Of a stretch of DNA of 64,000 nt, positions 1 to 7,282 are shown piece by piece (the stretch's first letter is position 1; each line of letters begins with the position of its first letter). A program made the translations under genes and the position numbers. Under the pieces are notes generated by a model that saw only the letters and a list, made by a program, of their open reading frames with translations, was not told the origin of the DNA and did no database searches. This DNA is from an uncultured Actinomycetota bacterium (GTDB lineage Bacteria; Actinomycetota; Actinomycetes; Streptosporangiales; Streptosporangiaceae): the NCBI GenBank assembly GCA_963777905.1, contig CAVZSM010000034.1, positions 39,691 to 103,690 on the forward strand, read 5' to 3'.

Positions 1-215
1 CAGCGGCCTGGTGCGGCGTCCCGGTGGTAGAACTCCGGCGCGATGGCCAGGAACCCGGCCTTGGCCAGGTCGTCGGCTACCCCGCGGATGTCCGGGTTGA
101 CCCCGAACAGCTCGTGCGCCACGATCACCCCGGCCGGTGCCGGGTTCGCCGCGGGCCGGGCCAGGTACGCCGGCAAGCTGGTGCCGTCTTCGACGGGGAT
201 GGTGATGGTTGCCAT
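1..215 (-). CDS. dienelactone hydrolase family protein, N-terminal part (gene runs off the window)
   Basis: Absent from the ORF track because there is no stop in the window. The reverse complement reads MATITIPVEDGTSLPAYLARPAANPAPAGVIVAHELFGVNPDIRGVADDLAKAGFLAIAPEFYHR, a typical DLH N-terminus. An alternative ATG lies at 224. Confidence 0.6.
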   Translation of the reverse strand, partial: MATITIPVEDGTSLPAYLARPAANPAPAGVIVAHELFGVNPDIRGVADDLAKAGFLAIAPEFYHRDAAPGR

Positions 216-275
216 GGTTCCCATCGTCAGCGTCCAGGACAGCGGTAACCAGAGCCGTTTCTTACTGGTACTGCC

Positions 276-1133
276 ATGAGTACCCTGGGGACCATGACGG
301 CCGGCGGAGATCCGGCGGCGCTGGGCCAGCTGCTCAGGTCCCGGCGCGAGCGCCTCGTGCCCGCTGACGTGGGCCTGCCCGCGGGCTTGTCCGCGGGGCG
401 CCGGCGCACGGCGGGCCTGCGCCGCGAGGAAGTCGCCATGCTGGCCCACCTGTCCGTCACCTACTACACGTTCCTCGAGCAGGGCCGCCCCGTGCGGCCT
501 TCTGAACAGGTCCTGGACGCGCTGGCTTCCGCGCTGCGGATGTCCGCCGCCGAGCGGCGCTACCTGCACGTGCTGGCCTACGGTCCGGACGGCGACAGCG
601 GTGCTGCCTCGGGCGCCCCGGGCGCCCCGGGCGGGTCGGCGCCGCCTGAGCTGCTCGATCCCGCAGTGGCCAACCTGGTCCAGCGGCTCGAGCCGTTCCC
701 GACCCTGGTCAAGGGCCGCCGCTGGGACGTCCTGGCGGCCAACCCCGCCGCGCGCGAGCTGTTCGGCGACTGGCCGGCAGGGCCCCCTGACGAGCGCAAC
801 TTGGTGCGCTGGATGTTCACCACCGACCAGGCCAGGGAGGTCTACCTGGAGTGGGAGCCGGAGGCCAGAGCGATGCTCGGCCGCTTCCGGCTGTCCGCCG
901 CCCGGTACCCGGACGACCCCGATATCAGCGCCCTGATCGCCGAGCTTCAGCGCGACAGCGAGCATGTCAGGGACTGGTGGCCGCGCCACGACGTCACCGC
1001 TATCGGGGGCAGCGGCGCAAAGAAGCTCCGCCACCCCCGGCTCGGCCCCGTCGAGTACTCCCACGCGGTCCTTCAGGTCGCCGACCACCCGGACCAGACC
1101 CTGGTCACCTACTCACTGGTCACCGGGAGCTGA
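276..1133 (+). CDS. MmyB-like XRE-family HTH transcriptional regulator
   Basis: 285-aa ORF. N-terminal HTH (LGQLLRSRRERL...LRREEVAMLAHLSVTYYTFLEQGR) followed by an MmyB-type C-terminal region. Divergent from the hydrolase gene. Confidence 0.8.
   Translation: MSTLGTMTAGGDPAALGQLLRSRRERLVPADVGLPAGLSAGRRRTAGLRREEVAMLAHLSVTYYTFLEQGRPVRPSEQVLDALASALRMSAAERRYLHVLAYGPDGDSGAASGAPGAPGGSAPPELLDPAVANLVQRLEPFPTLVKGRRWDVLAANPAARELFGDWPAGPPDERNLVRWMFTTDQAREVYLEWEPEARAMLGRFRLSAARYPDDPDISALIAELQRDSEHVRDWWPRHDVTAIGGSGAKKLRHPRLGPVEYSHAVLQVADHPDQTLVTYSLVTGS
611..634. repeat. 9-bp tandem duplication GGGCGCCCC x2.6 inside the regulator gene
   Basis: Read directly; encodes SGAPGAPGG. Confidence 0.8.
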
Positions 1134-1134
1134 C

Positions 1135-1482
1135 ATGGTCACGGCGGCGGACGTGCGCGCGGTGGCGATGTCGCTGCCGCGCACTTCCGAGCACCTGATC
1201 CACGACCACATCAAGTTCCGGGTCGGCAAGATCGTCTACGTGGCGATCTCGCCCGACGAGTCGACGATGGGCTTCGGGTTCCCGAAAGAGGAACGGGCCG
1301 CGCTGATCGCGGCCGAGCCGGACAAGTTCGCCATGCCGCGGCTGTCCGACCAGCGCTTCCACTGGGTGCACGCGCGAATGGCGGCGCTGAGCCTCGAAGA
1401 GATGCGCGAACTAGTCACGGACGCCTGGCGGATGGTCATCCCGAAGAAAATCGCCGCGGCCCACCTGGACAGGCAGGTGTAA
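1135..1482 (+). CDS. MmcQ/YjbR family DNA-binding protein
   Basis: In-frame ATG at 1135 within ORF 964..1482. MVTAADVRAVAMSLPRTSEHLIHDHIKFRVGKIVYVAI... matches the YjbR-like pattern. The start overlaps the upstream stop (TGACATG). Confidence 0.7.
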   Translation: MVTAADVRAVAMSLPRTSEHLIHDHIKFRVGKIVYVAISPDESTMGFGFPKEERAALIAAEPDKFAMPRLSDQRFHWVHARMAALSLEEMRELVTDAWRMVIPKKIAAAHLDRQV

Positions 1483-2184
1483 GGACCAGGCATCCGCCGG
1501 GGGCCAGGGGCGGGCGGCTAGCACGGACAGGTTCAGGGACAGCAGCGTGTCTTCCATCTTCGGCAGCGTGTCGGTCTGGCCGTTGCGCACGGCGGTCCGC
1601 ACGAGCTTGGCGATGGCGCCCGCGATCGCCAGGTAGACGTCGTCGGGGACGGCGGGCCAGTCCGGGTGCCGCGCCCGCGCCCGGCGGTGCCAGGTGGCGG
1701 TCATTTCCGCGAACCGGCGTTCCGCCGCGTCGAAGCGCGCGACCGCGCGCGGCCCGGCGGTGGGCATGCCGATGTAGAACGCTCGCGCGAAGGCCGGCTC
1801 GTCGGCGAGGAACTGGAGGAACGCGCGGCACGCCGCGCGCAGCACCTCCTCGTCCGGGGCGTCAGGCGGCACGGCCCTGGTCGCGGCGACCACCCCGTCG
1901 GCCAGCAGCTTGCCGCCTTCGCGGGTCGCGGCGAGGAAGCAGTCCTCTTTCGTCCTGAAGTGCGTGTAGAAGGCGACGCGGGATACCTTGGCCCGGCGCA
2001 CGATGTCGGCCACCGTGACATCCGCGTACCCGCCTTCGGCGACCGCCGCGATCGCCGCCCGGCACAGCCGCTGCACCTGGGAGGCGCGCACCGCCCGCGC
2101 GGGAAGCCGGCTCCGGCCCCTGGGCAGGCCCGGTTTTCCCTCGTGGGTGTGGGCAAGGCTGCCCCCTTGCGGGGTGTCGGGCAT
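1411..2184 (-). CDS. TetR/AcrR family transcriptional regulator
   Basis: Internal ATG (MPDTPQGG) of ORF 1411..2322. TetR HTH: GYADVTVADIVRRAKVSRVAFYTHFRTKEDCF. Divergent from the MFS gene. Its 3' end overlaps the convergent gene by about 70 nt. Confidence 0.85.
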   Translation of the reverse strand: MPDTPQGGSLAHTHEGKPGLPRGRSRLPARAVRASQVQRLCRAAIAAVAEGGYADVTVADIVRRAKVSRVAFYTHFRTKEDCFLAATREGGKLLADGVVAATRAVPPDAPDEEVLRAACRAFLQFLADEPAFARAFYIGMPTAGPRAVARFDAAERRFAEMTATWHRRARARHPDWPAVPDDVYLAIAGAIAKLVRTAVRNGQTDTLPKMEDTLLSLNLSVLAARPWPPADAWSLHLPVQVGRGDFLRDDHPPGVRD

Positions 2185-2208
2185 GCGCTCTAGAGTAGCT
2201 GAAAAATT

Positions 2209-2235
2209 CCTAAAGTACGTACGCGTACTTTTAGG
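2209..2235. promoter_or_regulatory. putative TetR operator (imperfect palindrome)
   Basis: CCTAAAGTACGTACGCGTACTTTTAGG lies in the 94-bp TetR/MFS divergent intergenic region and is AT-rich relative to its surroundings. Confidence 0.4.
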
Positions 2236-2278
2236 TGCGCACGCCACTGCCGACGTGGTGCCGAAAGGGGTCGTCAGC

Positions 2279-4204
2279 ATGACAGCAACCGCGCAGGGAG
2301 CCGCCCCGGCGGCCGGGGGCATAAACGGCCTCTGGCAACGGCAGCTCGACCACTACCCGGACACCCGGCCGCGGATGACCTACCTGGCCATCGTGGTGCT
2401 CGCCACGATCGCGCTCTACTACGCGTTCTACATCCCCGGCGCGGTATCCCCGTCGATCATCGCCCACTTCGGGATGACCTTCAGCACCTACGTGTACATC
2501 ATTGTGATCGCCAACGCCGTCGGCGCCTTCGGCTCGCTCGCCGCGGGCCTGGCCGACCGGTGGGGCCGCGCCAACCTGGTGGCCTACGGCCTGGTCATCG
2601 TCGGCCTGCTGGTCCTCTTCGGCGTGCCGAACGCGCCCAACACGTTCACTTACGGCCTGCTGTTCGCCATCATCGGGGCCGTCGAGGGCGTCATCCTCGT
2701 CGCCACTCCCGCGCTGGTGCGCGACTTTTCGCCGCAGCTCGGCCGGGCCTCCGCGATGGGGTTCTGGACCCTCGGGCCGGTCCTCGGCAGCCTGGTGGTC
2801 GCCGTGGTGTCCAGCAACACGCTCAGCCACCTCCCCGCCTGGCAGGACCAGTTCACCATCGCCGGCATCGTGATCCTCGTCGTCGCCGCGATCGCCGTGG
2901 TCGGGCTGCGTGAGCTCTCGCCGCAGCTGCGCGACCAGCTCATGGTGTCCATGCGCGACCGCGCACTGATCGAGGCCCGGGCCCGTGGCCTCGACGTCAA
3001 GACCCTGACGGAGCACCCGTGGCGGCAGATGCTGCGCCTGGACATCATCGGCTCCGCGTTCGCGATCTCGGTGTTCCTGCTGTTCTACTACACGGCGGTC
3101 GGCTTCTTCACCATCTACTTCACCTCGCTATTCAACTTCACGCTGTCGACCGCCAACAGCATCGGGAACTGGTTCTGGGCATTCGACGCGGCGGCCCTGG
3201 TCATCATCGGGATCATCTCCAACCGGGTCGGGGTCCGCAAGCCGTTCATGGTGCTCGGCGCGGTCGGCGCGATCGTCATGACGATCATCTTCCTCAACCT
3301 GGGCCACGGCACCACATACGCCACGTTCGCCCTGGTCATCAGCATCCTGGCGGTGTTCCTCGCGATCGCGTACGCGCCGTGGATGGCCAGCTACACCGAG
3401 ACCATCGAGAAGCACAACCCGGCGCTGACCGCGACCGGCCTGGCCGTCTGGGGCTGGATCATCCGCGCGGTCATCGCCATTTCGCTCCTCGTCTTGCCGG
3501 TCGTGGTCAGCTCGATGACGCCGCTGGTCACCTACGGCTCGCAGGTCGCCACGCTGTCCGCTAAGTACAGCAGCCAGCTGGCCTTCGCGGCGAGCCATCC
3601 GACCGTCGTGGCAGCCGCCCAGAAGGTACCCCCGCCGGTCGTGGCCACCGCGCAGGCGAACGCTACGCAGCTCGCGAACGCGCAGAAGTTCGCGCCCGAA
3701 CTCGCCGTGATCCAGGCAAACCCGGTGCTGTTCGCCAGGCTGGCCACCTACACGAACCCGGCTACGATCCCGCCGGCGCTGGTGGCCCAGGCGGTCCGTG
3801 CGGCCGGGGGCGGCGCCAAGGGCCTGCAGATCCTGACCACGATCTCGGCCAACCAGGCGGCCATCGCCGGCGTGATCGCGGCCGCGCCCGCGCTGAAGAC
3901 CGTCGCCCCGTACGCGGCGGAGCTGACCATCATGGCTCCGTTCGGCCCGCAGCTGACCGCGCTGTCCAAGGTCCCGCCGGCGGACCTGGCGTACCTCAAG
4001 GCGCACGGCGCTGATGTCGTCAGCGCCGCGGCCGCGGCGCCCGGGCAGTGGAAGAACTGGTGGTGGGTCTGTGTCGGCGGCCAGGTGATCTTCATCCCGC
4101 TGATCCTGCTGATGGCAGGCCGGTGGAGCCCGCGGCGCGCCCGCGAGGACACCGCCGAGCACGAGCGGCTCGTGCAGGACGAGATGACGAAGCTGGGGGC
4201 GTAG
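2279..4204 (+). CDS. MFS transporter with long C-terminal extension
   Basis: ATG at 2279 within ORF 1988..4204. About 12 hydrophobic helices, then an Ala/Pro-rich segment of about 170 aa and a final TM (WWWVCVGGQVIFIPLILLMAG). Confidence 0.85.
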   Translation: MTATAQGAAPAAGGINGLWQRQLDHYPDTRPRMTYLAIVVLATIALYYAFYIPGAVSPSIIAHFGMTFSTYVYIIVIANAVGAFGSLAAGLADRWGRANLVAYGLVIVGLLVLFGVPNAPNTFTYGLLFAIIGAVEGVILVATPALVRDFSPQLGRASAMGFWTLGPVLGSLVVAVVSSNTLSHLPAWQDQFTIAGIVILVVAAIAVVGLRELSPQLRDQLMVSMRDRALIEARARGLDVKTLTEHPWRQMLRLDIIGSAFAISVFLLFYYTAVGFFTIYFTSLFNFTLSTANSIGNWFWAFDAAALVIIGIISNRVGVRKPFMVLGAVGAIVMTIIFLNLGHGTTYATFALVISILAVFLAIAYAPWMASYTETIEKHNPALTATGLAVWGWIIRAVIAISLLVLPVVVSSMTPLVTYGSQVATLSAKYSSQLAFAASHPTVVAAAQKVPPPVVATAQANATQLANAQKFAPELAVIQANPVLFARLATYTNPATIPPALVAQAVRAAGGGAKGLQILTTISANQAAIAGVIAAAPALKTVAPYAAELTIMAPFGPQLTALSKVPPADLAYLKAHGADVVSAAAAAPGQWKNWWWVCVGGQVIFIPLILLMAGRWSPRRAREDTAEHERLVQDEMTKLGA

Positions 4205-4270
4205 GCGGATCGCTGACGACGCCGGTCGCTGACGCAAGATGTCAGCGACCGGCGCGTAGCGTTAGGTCCC

Positions 4271-5797
4271 ATGCTGACTTACTACAGCCGACCAGGGGTC
4301 ATGACCTCGGCCGGCCGTTTCGCGGCCTTGCTCGACGGCCTGCCCCGTGACGTGGCCGCCCTCGCCGCCGTCGGGCAGGGCCTGCTGATCCACGAGCACA
4401 TGGCGCGCGGCTACGGGGTCACGCTGTCCGAGGAAGACCGGTCCAGCGTGCATACCCGCCCGGCCGAGGAACTGCTCGCCCAGATCGTGGCGCGTGACAG
4501 CCGTCCGCTGGACGTCGCGCGGCCGCCGGAAGCCAGGCTGCCGGGAAACTGCCGCCACTTCACCGTCTTGATGACCGCCATGCTCCGGGCGCGCGGGACG
4601 CCGGCGCGGGCGCGCTGCGGTTTCGGCGGCTACTTCGGCAGCGGCACGTTCGAGGACCACTGGGTCTGCGAGTACTGGGACGCCGGGGAGCAGCGCTGGC
4701 GCCTCGTCGACGCCCAGATCGACGCGGTGCAGCTGGGCTGGTTCGACATCGACTTTGACCTCACCGACGTGCCGCGCGACCGGTTCCTCATCGGCGGGGA
4801 CGCGTGGGCACGGTACCGGTCCGGCGCGGCCGACCCCGGCAAGTTCGGGCTCAGCCTGATCGGCGAGACGGGTGACTGGTGGATCGCCGCCAACCTGATG
4901 CGCGACGCCGCCGCGCTGCTGAATCTGGAGCTGCTGCCGTGGGACTGCTGGGGCGCGATGCCCGGGCCAGAAGACCCGATCGATCCGGAGCTGGCCGCGC
5001 TGTTCGACCGGCTGGCGGCCCTCACCCAGGCCCCGGACGCTGCCCTCGCGGACCTGCGCCAGCTGTGTGACGATGACCGGCTGCGAGTCCCGCCGGAGGT
5101 CCGCAACGCCGTCAGCGAACCGCCTCGAGAAGGTCTAGGTCCGGGCCAGGCCCGCGTCGGGGGTGCCGTCGGCGAGGGCGGGTCCGTGGCGGGCCACGCC
5201 CTGCGTCCACACGCCGGCCACGTCCGCCGGCGTGGCCAGGGAGAAGATCCTGGCCAGCGCGTCGGTCGTATCGCGGGCATGCTTGAGGTTCACCGCCAGC
5301 GTGCTGCCCGCGGCCGGCCGCAGCCATACGGCGTCGAAGTCCTTGCCCACCGAGAAGTCACCCACCCGGTCGTCGAGCCCGAGCGCCCGGGCGCCGGCCC
5401 GCGTCGCCAGATAGAGCAGGTGAACCGGCGTCAGGTTCATCCCGTCGGCGCCCAGCATCTGCTGGATGAAGTAGGCCTGCAGCGCCTCCTTGGGCAGGAA
5501 CAGGCCCGCTCCCGCGCCCACGTCGGACCCGAGCGCGATGCCGATGCCGTGCTCGACGTGCCTGCGCAGCGGGAACAGCCCGCTGCCCAGCGCGCAGTTG
5601 CTGGTCGGGCAGTGCGCGACGGAGGCCCCGTGCTCGGCGAGCATCGCGAGCTCGGCGTCGCTGGGGTGGACGTTGTGGGCGAAGACGCTGCGCCTGGTGA
5701 CCAGGCCGTGCTGGCGGTAGGTGTCCAGGTAGTGCCGGGCGCCGGGGAACAGCCCGGCCACCGCGGCGACCTCGGCGACGTTCTCGTTGACGTGTGA
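4271..5797 (+). CDS. transglutaminase-like domain protein (3' end doubtful; see findings)
   Basis: The first ~285 aa look like a genuine transglutaminase-like protein (NCRHFTVLMTAMLRARGTPARARCGFGGYF...EDHWVCEYWD). There is no in-frame stop until 5797, so the last ~660 nt run antisense through guaD and encode an Arg/Gly/Pro-rich tail. Confidence 0.5.
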   Translation: MLTYYSRPGVMTSAGRFAALLDGLPRDVAALAAVGQGLLIHEHMARGYGVTLSEEDRSSVHTRPAEELLAQIVARDSRPLDVARPPEARLPGNCRHFTVLMTAMLRARGTPARARCGFGGYFGSGTFEDHWVCEYWDAGEQRWRLVDAQIDAVQLGWFDIDFDLTDVPRDRFLIGGDAWARYRSGAADPGKFGLSLIGETGDWWIAANLMRDAAALLNLELLPWDCWGAMPGPEDPIDPELAALFDRLAALTQAPDAALADLRQLCDDDRLRVPPEVRNAVSEPPREGLGPGQARVGGAVGEGGSVAGHALRPHAGHVRRRGQGEDPGQRVGRIAGMLEVHRQRAARGRPQPYGVEVLAHREVTHPVVEPERPGAGPRRQIEQVNRRQVHPVGAQHLLDEVGLQRLLGQEQARSRAHVGPERDADAVLDVPAQREQPAAQRAVAGRAVRDGGPVLGEHRELGVAGVDVVGEDAAPGDQAVLAVGVQVVPGAGEQPGHRGDLGDVLVDV

Positions 5798-6463
5798 GGT
5801 GAACCAGACGCCTGCCTGGAGCAGCTGCGCGCAGACGTCGAGCATCTCGTTCGACGCGGACAGCGAGAACCGCGGCGTGACCGCGTACCGCAGCCGGCCG
5901 CGGCCATGCCAGCGGCCGATCAGCTCGGTGCTGTCGGCCAGCGCCGTCCGCGGTGTGTGCAGGAGATCGGGACGCAGGATCCGGTCGCTGAGCACCAGGC
6001 CCGAGGTGATGTTCAGGCCGCTTCGCTCAGCCGCGGCGAACAGCTCCTCCATGGCGGACGCGAAGTGCGATCCGAACACGAGCGCGCTGGTCGTTCCCGA
6101 GGCGAGCAGGCCGCAGAGAAACTCGCCGGCCACCTCGCGCGCGTACGCCCGGCTGGCGAGCTTGCTCTCCTCTGGCAGGGCACATCGCTCGAGCCAGTCC
6201 AGCAGCGGCATGCCCAGCCCGCCGATCGCGCGGATCTGGGGGAAGTGGACGTGCATGTCGACGAAACCGGGCACGAGCATCCCGTCCGGCAGCTGGGTCA
6301 CCGGCTCGCCGGGGTACTCGGCGCACAGCGCGGCCAGCGTGCCCCGGGCGCAGATGACGCCCTCGCGGACGCAGACGGCGCCGGCCTCCGCCAGCGCATC
6401 GGCCGGGTCGCCGTCAAACGGGTCACCCGGCGTGTCGACGATCGTGCCGGCGTAGATCGTCAC
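5135..6463 (-). CDS. guaD: guanine deaminase
   Basis: GTG start (VTIYAGTIVDTPGDPF...) overlaps the xdhC stop as GTGA. Amidohydrolase metal motif FVDMHVHFPQ. Sits in a purine-catabolism context. Confidence 0.9.
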   Translation of the reverse strand: MTIYAGTIVDTPGDPFDGDPADALAEAGAVCVREGVICARGTLAALCAEYPGEPVTQLPDGMLVPGFVDMHVHFPQIRAIGGLGMPLLDWLERCALPEESKLASRAYAREVAGEFLCGLLASGTTSALVFGSHFASAMEELFAAAERSGLNITSGLVLSDRILRPDLLHTPRTALADSTELIGRWHGRGRLRYAVTPRFSLSASNEMLDVCAQLLQAGVWFTSHVNENVAEVAAVAGLFPGARHYLDTYRQHGLVTRRSVFAHNVHPSDAELAMLAEHGASVAHCPTSNCALGSGLFPLRRHVEHGIGIALGSDVGAGAGLFLPKEALQAYFIQQMLGADGMNLTPVHLLYLATRAGARALGLDDRVGDFSVGKDFDAVWLRPAAGSTLAVNLKHARDTTDALARIFSLATPADVAGVWTQGVARHGPALADGTPDAGLART

Positions 6464-7281
6464 GCGGTCACCCTGTTTTCCAGCCCGGCGGTGAGCTTCT
6501 GCACCAGGGCGGCGGCGACCGCGACGGCGATCACGGCCGGGTCCTTGCCCGTGATCCCTGGCTGGCCGATCGGGCAGGTGATCCGGCCGATCGCCGCCGG
6601 GCGGTGCCCGGCGGCGGCGAGCTGGGCCTGGAACCTGGTCCACTTCACGCTCGAGCCGATCAGGCCGATGCTGCCCAGCGGCTGGCCGAGCCGCAGGGCC
6701 GCGTCGCACAGGGCGTAGTCCTCCGCGTGATCGTGCGTCGCGATCACGACGTGCGCCCCCCTGGGCAGCTGCTCGAGCACCTGCTCGCCGAGCAGCGTGT
6801 GGCGGGTGCTGACGTCAGCGGTGCCGTCGATCACGTCCGCGAGCCGAACCCGGTCCAGCTGCTCGGCGCGCGAGTCCACCAGCAGCAGCTGGACCGGCAG
6901 CCGGGACAGGATCCTGGCCAGCTCGTAGCCGACATGCCCGATCCCGAACAGGGCGACGACGGGACGGACCGCGAGCGGCTCGAGCAGCATCCGGACGGAA
7001 CCGCCGCAGCACTGGCGGCCGTGCTCGGTGTGCGCGTGCGGGTTGAGCTGCAGCTCGCACGTCTGCGGCCCGGCGGCACCCGACGACATCATCTCCCTGG
7101 CCCTGGCGACGGCCGTCGCCTCCAGGTTGCCCCCGCCTACACTGCCCCAGCTGGCCTCCCGGCTCACTACCATCTTGGCGCCGGCCTCGCGCGGCGCGTG
7201 GCCGCGCACCTCGATGACGGTCACCAGCACGCCGGGCTCCCTGTTGTCCCGCAGCTGCTGCACGGCTCTGAGCCAGTCCAT
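6460..7281 (-). CDS. xdhC: xanthine dehydrogenase accessory protein XdhC
   Basis: MDWLRAVQQLRDNREPGVLVTVIEVRGHAPREAGAKMVV... is a typical XdhC/CoxI sequence. Immediately downstream of xdhB. Confidence 0.9.
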   Translation of the reverse strand: MDWLRAVQQLRDNREPGVLVTVIEVRGHAPREAGAKMVVSREASWGSVGGGNLEATAVARAREMMSSGAAGPQTCELQLNPHAHTEHGRQCCGGSVRMLLEPLAVRPVVALFGIGHVGYELARILSRLPVQLLLVDSRAEQLDRVRLADVIDGTADVSTRHTLLGEQVLEQLPRGAHVVIATHDHAEDYALCDAALRLGQPLGSIGLIGSSVKWTRFQAQLAAAGHRPAAIGRITCPIGQPGITGKDPAVIAVAVAAALVQKLTAGLENRVTA

Positions 7282-7282
7282 C

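Noticed and set aside
225-275. Possible inverted repeat GGTAACCAG...CTGGTAC in the hydrolase / MmyB-like regulator divergent spacer.
   Set aside because: The arms are short and imperfect (one-base register difference), which is insufficient to call an operator.
1988-2278. 5' extensions of many track ORFs. Examples: 1988..2278, 14974..16404 upstream part, 15124..15768, 17558..18994 upstream part, 43973..46408 upstream part, 59993..61987 upstream part, 62084..63655 upstream part.
   Set aside because: The extensions cross divergent genes or intergenic promoters and lack family similarity. Internal ATG/GTG starts with an RBS or translational coupling give proteins of normal family length. Several track starts are TTG.
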